59,143 bases of DNA from a virus (IMGVR_UViG_3300031589_000002:1-59143), one strand, 5' to 3'; counted from the stretch's first letter, positions 1 through 8,429 are shown. A program made the numbers and translations. Notes: a model not told the origin generated them from the letters alone.

Positions 1-1714
1 AATTTGTAGCGTGATTAGTTTTGTCTTGTGCTTGAATCCAACTACCATAAGGACTTGCATTTTGAACCCCCATCATTAATCCGTGTGTGCCACCTGCACT
101 ATATAAACTTAAAAAACCTGTTGAAGTGCTTCCCGATGTTGCAGGATTTCCTTGTGTTCCTGCTATTCTTAATTTAACATTTGGGTCAGTCGTTCCAATA
201 CCAACATTGCCGGCTTTTGTGATTGAAACTTTAGGAGTATCCACGTTTGCTGTACCTATCACAAAGTTATCAGTAGCATCATCATGACCAATAGTATATT
301 GAATTACTCCAGCGTTTGAAAACTTAATCTCTGTGTCAGAACCTGCGGGTGCGTTTAAACCAATCCTAGAATCCCCACTGGCTGAATTTACGTATAACTT
401 TTCAGCAGGATAACCTGGCCCGATATTTAATCTATTATTAAACCTGTCCCAACTTAAATTTGCATTACTATCTAGATTCGAATTTCCAGTAAAGAAAGGA
501 ATTCGAGTAGGCACACCACCACCAGTAATTGTGCCTGTTCCTGCAACCGCCCAAGTACCATCTTCTTTTAAGAAAGTTCCAGTAGCTGCACCTGTTGCGT
601 CTGGTACGTAACCAGGAGTAGTTCCGATAAAATCTTTAGCTTTAACCCATCCGTCATTAGAAACAGTAAAATCAGCACTATCAAACCCTGCTAAACCTTT
701 AGTAGTGTTTGCGTCTGTAGTTCCTGATCCAGCGAATCCAATGTTACTCTGAACCTCTGTCCAGTCACCTACTGTGGTTGGATTGTCTACGTTTGCTATA
801 ATCAAATCACCTACATTAAGAGGAGGACTCCAAAAAGAAGTGGAAGGACCAGCTGTAACGGCATAAGTCCATCCCTGTAATACTCCAGTTCCGCCTGTTG
901 TTAAATCAGGGGAGTTCGTTATAGCATTGTACCCTCCTTGATAAACAAGAGATCCAGCTACATTGCTATCAACATAAGCTTTTGTTGCCGCTTGTAGAGC
1001 TAAAGTGGGATCACTTGGTAAAGCTATTGCTCCAGTCATAGTCCCGCCAGCTAAAGGTAGATAACTAGCGTTTTTAGTATCTACATAACCTTTTGTTGTT
1101 AAAGTTGTAGCGGTGTCTGCGTCTACCGTTGCCGTTGAGGTTGCTTTACCTGTTACTGATATTCCCGTGGTTGATGTTGCTAGTTTTACATTGTTTGCAT
1201 GTCTAATAGTTACTCCACTTGTAGAGTTAATATTTAATAGACCTGTATCATTAGATATTTGGGCTCCACCTGCGTGGTATATCTTTAAGTCATTAGATGA
1301 TCCGAACGTCACTCTATTATTAACATTCATGTTAATGTTTCCAGCCATAGTTCCACCAGCTAGCGGTAAATAATTAGTATTACCTTGAGTGTCTACATAA
1401 TTTTTAGTGGCCGCATCTTGAGCATCTGTTGGATTAACTACGTTTTTTATTTTATGGTTAAGCATACTGAGCTCGCCATCTATAGACAAAGCGCCTGAAC
1501 CCTGCGAAACAATAGAGTCTACAAATGTAGTAGCATTACTTCTAAGTGGTATAGCATTGTCTGTGGGGTTAATGCTTGTCCCAGCATCGGCTAAGTCACT
1601 AAAAGATATATTACCTGAGCCGTCAGTAACTAACGCTTGACCATTTGTTCCATCCTGAGTAGGTAAAGTATACTCGTCATTTATATTTATACTGTTTTTA
1701 AATCTTACAGCCAT
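1..1714 (-). CDS. Tail fibre / receptor-binding protein, partial (runs off left edge; absent from ORF track)
   Basis: ATG at 1714 (MAVRFKNSININDEYTLPTQDGTNGQALVTDGSG), open to position 1 by my reading. Contains repeated ATKxYVD...YLPLAGGTMxG fibre motifs and GNVGIGTTDP, typical of Bacteroidota phage fibres. Confidence 0.85.
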   Translation of the reverse strand, partial: MAVRFKNSININDEYTLPTQDGTNGQALVTDGSGNISFSDLADAGTSINPTDNAIPLRSNATTFVDSIVSQGSGALSIDGELSMLNHKIKNVVNPTDAQDAATKNYVDTQGNTNYLPLAGGTMAGNINMNVNNRVTFGSSNDLKIYHAGGAQISNDTGLLNINSTSGVTIRHANNVKLATSTTGISVTGKATSTATVDADTATTLTTKGYVDTKNASYLPLAGGTMTGAIALPSDPTLALQAATKAYVDSNVAGSLVYQGGYNAITNSPDLTTGGTGVLQGWTYAVTAGPSTSFWSPPLNVGDLIIANVDNPTTVGDWTEVQSNIGFAGSGTTDANTTKGLAGFDSADFTVSNDGWVKAKDFIGTTPGYVPDATGAATGTFLKEDGTWAVAGTGTITGGGVPTRIPFFTGNSNLDSNANLSWDRFNNRLNIGPGYPAEKLYVNSASGDSRIGLNAPAGSDTEIKFSNAGVIQYTIGHDDATDNFVIGTANVDTPKVSITKAGNVGIGTTDPNVKLRIAGTQGNPATSGSTSTGFLSLYSAGGTHGLMMGVQNASPYGSWIQAQDKTNHATN

Positions 1715-1724
1715 ATTTTATGTA

Positions 1725-2693
1725 TTAAATTTTAGTCACAAGCACTCTTATTGAGTTTGCAGATGGAGCTGTTGTAAACGCTACGTCTACCGTGTTTACG
1801 TTTGTTCTAGTAACGTCGGAAAAAATAGTTTCAAATGTAGATGCATCATAAAGTTGTACTATAATGTCTCTTGTACCTAAGTTATGTGCAACAGAAACAG
1901 ATGTTGCGCCTCCTATGGTAGTAGCAAATGTATTGTTTGAAATAGCGGTTGCTAATCCAAGCGGAGTAACTGCAATGGTTTCTAATGTCCCGGCTGTAGC
2001 TTCAGCGACCGTGGCTAGTCTTGTAACACCATCTACAAATGTAGTAGCATCACGAGCACCAATTTCTGCTACCCCATTAGTTCTTTGAACTAATATTGCA
2101 GGGTCAGAGGCATCTACGTAATAAACTAGTGGATCGTAATTTGTCCCGTCGTTGGTTACTTCCCAACGATCTATATTGTCATTCCACTGTAACCTTGTGT
2201 TTGCTTCAGTTCCTCGCTCTACTTCGATACCACTCCTAAGTGTAGTTGGAGCAGCTCCAGTTTGACCGTTATTTAAAACAATTATATTGTCAGTAACATC
2301 TAAATTAGTAGTATTAACTGTAGTTGTAGTTCCGTTAACAGTTAAATCTCCTGCTAATACAGTATTGCCCGTTACGTTTAAAGTACCGCCCACATTTAAG
2401 TTACCAGATGTAGTAGTATGTACAGCTGTTCCGCTACCTATAACAACCGAAGAATCAATCTGAGGTAATCTTGCCTTAAGATTATCTAAATTTACGTTTA
2501 TATCAGTATTCGCAGCACTAACCCAAGCTGAGCCGTTGTAAAAGCGCAACTCGTTATCGGTCGAATCGTAGTATATTTGTCCTTCAGCGGGAGTTGATAA
2601 GCTTGTAGCTGATGAACTTGTTTCTACTTGGATTCTTGCTTTCTTTAATTGATTTTTATTTAAATCAATATCTGATAGATGTTTTATTGCCAT
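1725..2693 (-). CDS. Virion tail/fibre-associated structural protein
   Basis: Thr/Gly/Asn-rich beta-type sequence with GQIYYDSTDNELRFYNGSAW and LTVNGTTTTVNTTNL motifs. C-terminal ..HNLG.. domain is shared with the next gene. Confidence 0.7.
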   Translation of the reverse strand: MAIKHLSDIDLNKNQLKKARIQVETSSSATSLSTPAEGQIYYDSTDNELRFYNGSAWVSAANTDINVNLDNLKARLPQIDSSVVIGSGTAVHTTTSGNLNVGGTLNVTGNTVLAGDLTVNGTTTTVNTTNLDVTDNIIVLNNGQTGAAPTTLRSGIEVERGTEANTRLQWNDNIDRWEVTNDGTNYDPLVYYVDASDPAILVQRTNGVAEIGARDATTFVDGVTRLATVAEATAGTLETIAVTPLGLATAISNNTFATTIGGATSVSVAHNLGTRDIIVQLYDASTFETIFSDVTRTNVNTVDVAFTTAPSANSIRVLVTKI

Positions 2694-2699
2694 GGGTGT

Positions 2700-3050
2700 T
2701 TAGTTTAAAAATGCTTTTCCTGAGATTGCTGCACTTAATGTTATTACTATTGTGTTGTTTGATTCGTAATTGACTTCGCCATATATCACATCATCATCAT
2801 TGTCTACTAGTACCACTGCAGGGTACTTAGTTAAATTATGATTTATTGTCCATACGGCAGATGGGGAATTCTGCTCATGTATATAAGAGTTTATTTCATC
2901 CTGCCCCGGCACGTTTATAGTACTAGTCACTATTGTTCTAACTGTACCCATTGAATAGTTTTTAGTCTGCCCCGTTTCCGAATCAGTACCTATAAGTTTA
3001 TCGTCTACGCTGGGTGTTGAATCTATGCCGTAAGTTGATATTCTAGCCAT
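2700..3050 (-). CDS. Small virion structural protein (tail-associated)
   Basis: MARISTY N-terminus and WTINHNLTKYPAV domain resembling the C-terminus of 1725..2693; lies within the fibre cluster. Confidence 0.6.
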   Translation of the reverse strand: MARISTYGIDSTPSVDDKLIGTDSETGQTKNYSMGTVRTIVTSTINVPGQDEINSYIHEQNSPSAVWTINHNLTKYPAVVLVDNDDDVIYGEVNYESNNTIVITLSAAISGKAFLN

Positions 3051-3051
3051 T

Positions 3052-3501
3052 TTATAATTTGTCTTTGTTAAATTTATCTATCGCATGTGCGTATACTTTG
3101 TCTACATAAGTTTTGCGCTTTCCTATAACACTACGTTTAGCATCAATAGGCATTTCTTCTTGGCAAATCAATATCTTGTATATCCTATTGATTAATCTCT
3201 TACCTCGAAGAGATACTTTATATTTGTTATGATCACCTAAGCGGCCATTACCTTTATGTATCTTTTCTACCCAGCCTTCTCTTTGTAGCCTGTAAAAGCG
3301 CTGTCGGTCCCAATGATAATACATTGTGCCGTTCTGAAAATCTTTTATTGTAAAGTATTTTATAGGATCTAGATAAAATAACAATTCCAAATCTGAAATG
3401 GATATATCATTTTCTTTGCAAGCCCAACGTGAAACAAGTCTATAATATTTAAGAAAATCAACTTTAAGCTCACCTCTTTCTAAAAAATCATCTCTGTCCA
3501 T
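3052..3501 (-). CDS. Winged-helix (MarR-like) DNA-binding protein, putative
   Basis: ISISDLELLFYL...FYRLQREGWVEK...YKVSLRGKRL pattern resembles a MarR-type wHTH (by eye). Confidence 0.5.
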   Translation of the reverse strand: MDRDDFLERGELKVDFLKYYRLVSRWACKENDISISDLELLFYLDPIKYFTIKDFQNGTMYYHWDRQRFYRLQREGWVEKIHKGNGRLGDHNKYKVSLRGKRLINRIYKILICQEEMPIDAKRSVIGKRKTYVDKVYAHAIDKFNKDKL

Positions 3502-3761
3502 TATAAGACTATAATAACGTCCTGCTCCTGTATAACTTTAAATATTTTTTTATTAATTTCAATGTTATGTCCCGCAATACGATCGTAGTATATTTTGTCT
3601 CCCTCTACAATGCCTTCAACACGCACACCAACTGACTCTACGTCAGCGGTGCGGTATCTTATATCTTCTCTATGGTTTTCTGCTAAAAGCAGGCCACCTT
3701 CTGTTTTTTGTATCTCTTCCTTTATCTCGGAAATTATAATGTAATTACCTATCGCTTTCAT
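3501..3761 (-). CDS. groES: Co-chaperonin GroES (Cpn10)
   Basis: KTEGGLLL mobile loop, V.SVG..V..I.EGD.I.Y and final DVIIVL; overlaps groEL. Confidence 0.9.
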   Translation of the reverse strand: MKAIGNYIIISEIKEEIQKTEGGLLLAENHREDIRYRTADVESVGVRVEGIVEGDKIYYDRIAGHNIEINKKIFKVIQEQDVIIVL

Positions 3762-5343
3762 AATCTCTAATATTTGAAATTACACAATCAGTTGATAAGA
3801 TAGTTGTTGCTACCGAAACCGCATTTTGTAGTGCAGACTTAGTAACTAGCACGGGATCAATAATACCTGCTTTACGCATGTCTTTAACTTTTCCATCAGT
3901 CACGTCTACTCCTGCTCCCCATTTATCTAGATCTTTATAGTTTGCTGGGTCTAACCCGGCATTTGTCAAGATGCGCACAAATGGTGAGTGCAATGCTCTT
4001 TTTATAATCTCCACCCCAATCTCTTCGCCTTTATTGGCTGTGTTTACTTTTAGAGTGCTAGATAAAAAACACAATGCTGAACCACCTCCAGGAAGTATAC
4101 CTTCCTTCTTAGCAGCTCTAACTGCGTGTATAGCATCATCTACCCTGTCTTTCTTTTCAGAGACCTCTACTTCAGTGTCACCGCCTACGTAGACAATAGA
4201 TACGCCTCCGTTTAGAATAGCTAGTCTGCTTTCTAAGTGTGGTCGCATAACGTGATGTTCGTCCTCCTCTAATTGAGATTGTAAATACTCTACGCGTTCT
4301 TTAACTCCTTCTGCTGCTTCCGCAATAGCTAGAGTAGTCCCGTCGTTATCTATGATGGCCTTGTCGGCTCTTCCTAACACTTCAGGGGTGATATTATCTA
4401 GAGAGTCTCCTAAACCTTCATCAATAACAGTAGCACCCGTTAGAAGGGCAATATCATCAAGTACATCCTTCCGTTTCAGTCCGAATGATGGAGGATCAAT
4501 AATATTGCACTTAATATTGCCTTTTACGTGGTTCATCGCAAGAGCTGATACAACCTGCTGATCGCAAGGGGCAATGAGTAGCAATGCTCGATTGGACTTG
4601 ATTGCATACTCTAATATTGTTTGTATTCGTCGAACGTTAGACACTTCGGACGAACATAGAAATACAAGCGGCTTATCTAGCTCACTTAATTCTTTTTCTT
4701 TATTAGTATGGAAATACATACTTTTAGTCGTAGACTTAATATGTGTTCCGTCAACTGCTTCGATATAGGTTTCATTACTTGGACTTGTTTCCATTGTAAC
4801 TACACCGTTATCACCAGCTAATTTAAAAGCCTCAGCAATAAAGTCTCCAAGTAAGGGATCGTTATTGGCTGATATGCGTGACACATGATTTAATCGTTTG
4901 TCATCTACATCTACACCTTTCTTAGTAAGCGCATCTACCGTAAGTTTAGTAAACGCAAGCATACCGTTTTTAACATCACGAAACGAGTACTTCTCTGCAT
5001 CTAAGCCAAAGTAATTTTTAATTACTGACTGTGCTAATACCGTTGAGGTTGTTGTTCCATCACCAGCTTTCGATGCCGTTTGTCTAGACGCTTGTTTAAG
5101 CATAGTCACACCTAGGTTCTCTACTGGGTCTTCTAAGTTTATATAGTTTGCTACGGTTACACCATCCTTTGTAACGTGAGGGTTACCGAAGTCATCTTCT
5201 AATACTACCGTACGACCAGACGCACCTAGTGTACTGCCTACTGCTTCTGCTAATTTGTTTATTCCTGAGATTAGTCCGTCTTTAGCTTCTTTCTTAAAGC
5301 TTAGTTCTTTGACTATCTTCGGGGATCCGAATTGTATTGCCAT
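3745..5343 (-). CDS. groEL: Chaperonin GroEL (Cpn60)
   Basis: VTKDGVTVA, AGDGTTTSTVLA, EKKDRVDDA, GILPGGG, GIIDP motifs; no C-terminal GGM tail. Confidence 0.97.
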   Translation of the reverse strand: MAIQFGSPKIVKELSFKKEAKDGLISGINKLAEAVGSTLGASGRTVVLEDDFGNPHVTKDGVTVANYINLEDPVENLGVTMLKQASRQTASKAGDGTTTSTVLAQSVIKNYFGLDAEKYSFRDVKNGMLAFTKLTVDALTKKGVDVDDKRLNHVSRISANNDPLLGDFIAEAFKLAGDNGVVTMETSPSNETYIEAVDGTHIKSTTKSMYFHTNKEKELSELDKPLVFLCSSEVSNVRRIQTILEYAIKSNRALLLIAPCDQQVVSALAMNHVKGNIKCNIIDPPSFGLKRKDVLDDIALLTGATVIDEGLGDSLDNITPEVLGRADKAIIDNDGTTLAIAEAAEGVKERVEYLQSQLEEDEHHVMRPHLESRLAILNGGVSIVYVGGDTEVEVSEKKDRVDDAIHAVRAAKKEGILPGGGSALCFLSSTLKVNTANKGEEIGVEIIKRALHSPFVRILTNAGLDPANYKDLDKWGAGVDVTDGKVKDMRKAGIIDPVLVTKSALQNAVSVATTILSTDCVISNIRDYESDR

Positions 5344-5382
5344 TTAATTTGATTTAATTGAATAAAATTTATAAGATATATA

Positions 5383-5736
5383 TTAGCAGTTCCATTTACG
5401 ACGTGCTGCTCTACCACGCTCTGATTTCCATGATTTGGATCTAGCACAAAAAGCTTTACGTCTTTTAGCTGCTTTACTTCCTTTCTTAAGTTTAGAGGGA
5501 GGTGTTGTTACAGCTGTCTTTAATTTAGAACCTGGGTTGTCTTTTCTATACTTAGCTACACCCTTAGCTGTCATGCCACCACCAGCTTTACCACCAGTGC
5601 CACTGCCTGATTTAACCTTAGCGTAATAGCCTTTTGATTTTTTACGAGACGGTGCTTTACCTTTCTTCCGTTCTAGAGGAGAACCGCCTGCGCAGGTGCA
5701 CGTAGCATGCTTTGCTGTTAATGGTATTGCTTTCAT
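5383..5736 (-). CDS. Small Lys/Arg-rich phage protein
   Basis: Highly basic; GGMTAKGVAKYRKDNPGSKLKTAVT...RRKAFCARS...WNC is a motif I recognise from marine phage hypothetical proteins. Confidence 0.8.
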   Translation of the reverse strand: MKAIPLTAKHATCTCAGGSPLERKKGKAPSRKKSKGYYAKVKSGSGTGGKAGGGMTAKGVAKYRKDNPGSKLKTAVTTPPSKLKKGSKAAKRRKAFCARSKSWKSERGRAARRKWNC

Positions 5737-5972
5737 GTAGTATTGTATTTCTTAGTTCCTTTACCGTGACCACCTCTATTAGCAGCAACGCTAACAAACT
5801 TTTTCTTATTGTGATCCCAGTCTTTACCTTTTATATTTATCCCCTTCTTAAGTGCATCGCGTCTTTTCTTTTGTGTCTCCGCCTTCATAGCTCTACGCCG
5901 GGGAGTTTTAGCATATGCAAGATCACGGGCCGCTTTTTTCTTACGAGCCGCTGGAGATAATTTTTGTGGCAT
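5733..5972 (-). CDS. Small basic protein with degenerate HNH-like KDWDH...NRG motif
   Basis: ORF track; overlapping start/stop with both neighbours. Confidence 0.7.
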   Translation of the reverse strand: MPQKLSPAARKKKAARDLAYAKTPRRRAMKAETQKKRRDALKKGINIKGKDWDHNKKKFVSVAANRGGHGKGTKKYNTT

Positions 5973-6115
5973 TATTTATTGTACCCGCCGTAGCTAGAGT
6001 TTTTTTGTTTTTTTAAAGGCACTGACATTCTTTTAAGAGGTCCTGTTTTTGTTTCGGCTCTTCCTGCCATTTTCTTAAACACTCCAGGTGTTACTGTTTT
6101 TCCTTTTGTTCCCAT
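5972..6115 (-). CDS. 47-aa basic protein (not in ORF track)
   Basis: MGTKGKTVTPGVFKKMAGRAETKTGPLKRMSVPLKKQKNSSYGGYNK; fills the gap exactly, its TAA overlaps the next ATG. Confidence 0.7.
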   Translation of the reverse strand: MGTKGKTVTPGVFKKMAGRAETKTGPLKRMSVPLKKQKNSSYGGYNK

Positions 6116-6119
6116 AATT

Positions 6120-6374
6120 TTATTTTTTCTTTTTAATAGATGAAGTGCGCTTACCCATACCTGTGCGTTTCTTCTCTGATACAGCTTTTCGCTTTTGAGA
6201 AGAACTCATTTCGTTCCATGCTACAGGCGTAGACTTTGATATTCTAACCGAGGGTCTGCACTTCTTTATTTTCTTATTCTTAGTAGAACCGCAAGGGTTA
6301 CCTTTTTCGTCAGTCCATTTTTCTTTAAACCACCGTTTAAGGTTTGCTCCCTTTTTAGTTTTACTTACTGCCAT
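6120..6374 (-). CDS. Small basic protein (LKRWFKEKW..PCG..KCRP type)
   Basis: ORF track; motif typical of conserved viral basic proteins. Confidence 0.75.
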   Translation of the reverse strand: MAVSKTKKGANLKRWFKEKWTDEKGNPCGSTKNKKIKKCRPSVRISKSTPVAWNEMSSSQKRKAVSEKKRTGMGKRTSSIKKKK

Positions 6375-6375
6375 T

Positions 6376-6792
6376 CTATTTTTTCTTTAATTCCTTATAA
6401 GCTGCATCTCTGTCATCAAAATCCAATGCTGCTTTAAGTATGATCTTATCCATTACGTTATCCTGGTTCTCCAAAATAGTCCTCTGCAAATCAATGATCA
6501 TATTCTCTAAGTTATCCTTAGCTGCTACCAGTTGTTCTATCTGGTCGCTTTTCTTTTCTACTTCTGTTCTAAGCGCGTTTACGTCATCCGGTTTACTTCC
6601 AGTGATAGTAGACACAACTAAACCAATTGAAGCTGATATGGTACCTATGAGCATCATCACTACCTCTTTATTACTCTCTAGAACTGGGTACTTCATCATT
6701 ATAAATATAATGGACATAACCAGTAAGAATATAAATAGTGATCCGACGTAGTGTCTTAATTCTTTAGCGACTCCGTTAGTAGGTAGTTTCAT
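6376..6792 (-). CDS. Two-TM membrane protein with C-terminal coiled coil
   Basis: Two hydrophobic stretches followed by heptad-rich helix. Confidence 0.7.
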   Translation of the reverse strand: MKLPTNGVAKELRHYVGSLFIFLLVMSIIFIMMKYPVLESNKEVVMMLIGTISASIGLVVSTITGSKPDDVNALRTEVEKKSDQIEQLVAAKDNLENMIIDLQRTILENQDNVMDKIILKAALDFDDRDAAYKELKKK

Positions 6793-6794
6793 AT

Positions 6795-6935
6795 CTATTT
6801 GTTTTTTCTACACTTAGCAATCGCGCCCGACGCATAAGCGCTCGGGAACACCTTGTATTGTTTCTTTACTTTATGGTAGCAGGCATCCTTTTTAAATAAA
6901 GGGGATGTAGCTTGTGGGCGGTTTGCTTTTTTCAT
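6795..6935 (-). CDS. 46-aa basic protein (not in ORF track)
   Basis: MKKANRPQATSPLFKKDACYHKVKKQYKVFPSAYASGAIAKCRKNK; the DACYHKVK..FPSAYASGA motif is familiar from marine phages; fits the gap. Confidence 0.75.
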   Translation of the reverse strand: MKKANRPQATSPLFKKDACYHKVKKQYKVFPSAYASGAIAKCRKNK

Positions 6936-6947
6936 AGTGTATTGTAG

Positions 6948-7199
6948 TTAGATCTCTTCGGTCTCGACCTCTTCGACTTCCGCTTCCGCTTCTACCGATG
7001 CAATCAATTCTTTAGAGAACGCTGATTCTGCGAACTTTAGCTGTTCTAAGCCAAATTCAGCAGTACCTATTTTATTACGTAAGTCATACACGTGGTTAAC
7101 CATCAACTTTTGCGGGTCGGTGAGTTCACTCTCGTTGTAATCTTTACTGTTAATAGTAATAACTTGTTCTTTGATTTCTTCTGTTTTCTTTTTAGTCAT
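6948..7199 (-). CDS. Acidic hypothetical protein
   Basis: ORF track; AT-rich TAAATTATATATT leader; acidic C-terminal tail. Confidence 0.75.
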   Translation of the reverse strand: MTKKKTEEIKEQVITINSKDYNESELTDPQKLMVNHVYDLRNKIGTAEFGLEQLKFAESAFSKELIASVEAEAEVEEVETEEI

Positions 7200-7230
7200 A
7201 ATATATAATTTAATTGGTTACATGTTTTTT

Positions 7231-7420
7231 AATCATAAGGGCACCTCAGTCCAATGAAGGTTACCAGGTACCCCATGACTCTACTTTGAATAGTGCAACG
7301 ATCTGTACGTTCACTGCCTCAACCACTTCCTAGGTGGTATCTGAAAGGAACTAAGCAAAAAAGCAACTATATGACACCTGCCTCGATGGGGCAGCCTTAA
7401 CATAACGTGTCCATTAAGGT
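7231..7420 (-). ncRNA. Candidate structured RNA with two pseudoknots and two hairpins, family unknown
   Basis: GC-richer intergenic block with helices 7395-7400/7414-7419, 7378-7382/7390-7394, 7373-7377/7407-7411, 7327-7331/7346-7350, 7322-7326/7334-7338, 7292-7315 and 7231-7279. G-U pairs form on the minus strand only. Confidence 0.55.
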
Positions 7421-7436
7421 AGCGATTCTTAAATAG

Positions 7437-7597
7437 TTACTTTTTCTTTGTCTTACGAACAGGTTTCTTTTTAGCAACCTTCTTTTTAACTGTTTTCTTC
7501 TTAGGCTTCTTCTTTTGAAGTGCAGACTGTAACTTATTAGCAGCTGCTCCTACAAGCGCTTTCTTAGCAATAGCCCAAGTATTAATGGTAATGGCAT
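7437..7597 (-). pseudogene. Histone-H1-like Lys-rich ~53-aa ORF interrupted by a 1-nt frameshift (possible sequencing error)
   Basis: ATG CCA TTA CCA TTA ATA CTT GG(G) GCT ATT GCT AAG...; adding one G at 7574-7576 gives MPLPLILGAIAKKALVGAAANKLQSALQKKKPKKKTVKKKVAKKKPVRKTKKK. Span is 161 nt (3n-1). Confidence 0.65.
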
Positions 7598-7619
7598 ATG
7601 TGTGTGTTTTAAATTAGTA

Positions 7620-8010
7620 TTTCATATATAAAAGTAAAGTGTTGCATTATACATTTAGCAACGATATCGTAATATAGAAGCCATATGTGCAACGTATGCG
7701 GCATATTATCGTATTATTAGTGACGTTTGTTACATTTTATCGATGTATTGTCATTATTTATACGTTCGTACTACGTTATTGTATGTCATACTGTCATGAC
7801 ACTACGTTATATTCAGTACATTGTTATATACACTGCATAATATGTAACGTATTGATTGTATTGTTATTAAGTTAGCAATAAATATTGTAGTTGCTTGCAC
7901 ATTGTGTAATTGCTTTATAACACATTGCATTATATTTGGTGATTAATATGTTTTATCACATTATATTTATATAAACGTATGCTTAAGTACTTATATAATA
8001 TATATTACAT
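7620..8010. other. Divergent non-coding control region (candidate origin or genome-end region)
   Basis: AT-rich with no credible ORF; strand switch point; several TACGTT/AACGTA hexamers. Confidence 0.5.
7817..7853 (-). promoter_or_regulatory. Inverted copy of the phage early motif (perfect AATACGTTACA, degenerate second half)
   Basis: tgtaacgtatt at 7843-7853 is the exact reverse complement. ATAACAATGTA follows 15 nt downstream (7/11 match to GTGATAATATA). Confidence 0.4.
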
Positions 8011-8013
8011 AAA

Positions 8014-8044
8014 TTTGTAAAAAGGTATAATTTTTGTATATTTG
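8014..8044 (+). promoter_or_regulatory. Bacteroidota housekeeping-sigma promoter (-33 TTTG, -7 TAnnTTTG)
   Basis: TTTG 8014-8017, 19-nt spacer, TATATTTG 8037-8044, matching the Bacteroides/Flavobacterium consensus. A second TATATTTG lies at 7931-7938. Confidence 0.6.
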
Positions 8045-8050
8045 TAATAA

Positions 8051-8086
8051 AATACGTTACAGATCGCAGTTTATTGTGATAATATA
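8051..8086 (+). promoter_or_regulatory. Phage early promoter motif, copy 1
   Basis: AATACGTTACA-N14-GTGATAATATA. Confidence 0.85.
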
Positions 8087-8114
8087 TATGTAAGTAACAA
8101 AGTAACAGTCTTAC

Positions 8115-8230
8115 GGAGTTTTATAAAAGTGATTGCCTCCACAATATTAATCATTGACCCTTAACCGGGAATCGCCAGGGTTCGATAAACAACCTCGAGC
8201 ATGACTAAATAAAGTCCTAGAAATAGGCAT
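8115..8230 (+). other. Structured 5' leader or small RNA candidate downstream of the first early promoter
   Basis: Possible pseudoknot GGAG/CTCC with AGTGATT/AATCATT; helices GACCCT/AGGGTT, TCGA/TCGA, GACT/AGTC and CCTA-GAAA-TAGG. Confidence 0.3.
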
Positions 8231-8236
8231 TAAATT

Positions 8237-8425
8237 ATGAGAATACTACGAGAAAAAAGATTAAATCAAGAGTTAATAAACGGTGTTACACTAACTGAAT
8301 TAAGATCCAAACTATACGATGAAATGTATATATTTCAAGACAACGACAGATTGTTGCAAGCAATAGGTGTTAATAAAGATATTAAAATAGTTGAAGAGTG
8401 GATTGAATTAGATAAAAATAATTAA
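8237..8425 (+). CDS. Early hypothetical protein
   Basis: ORF track; TAAATTATG leader. Confidence 0.7.
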   Translation: MRILREKRLNQELINGVTLTELRSKLYDEMYIFQDNDRLLQAIGVNKDIKIVEEWIELDKNN

Positions 8426-8429
8426 TAAA

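Noticed and set aside
7231-7420. tmRNA, group I intron or hammerhead identity for the structured element
   Set aside because: AUAGUU-GCU resembles a tmRNA resume context, but the frame gives no ALAA-type tag and there is no acceptor/CCA. No P7 or CUGANGA/GAAA cores.
7687-7875. 62-aa ORF in the divergence region, and minus-strand ORFs across 8.5-11.9 kb
   Set aside because: Low-complexity hydrophobic translations with GTG/TTG starts or antisense to tiled plus-strand genes.
8155-8200. tRNA suggested by GGGTTCGAT
   Set aside because: No T-stem closure, acceptor stem or anticodon arm.
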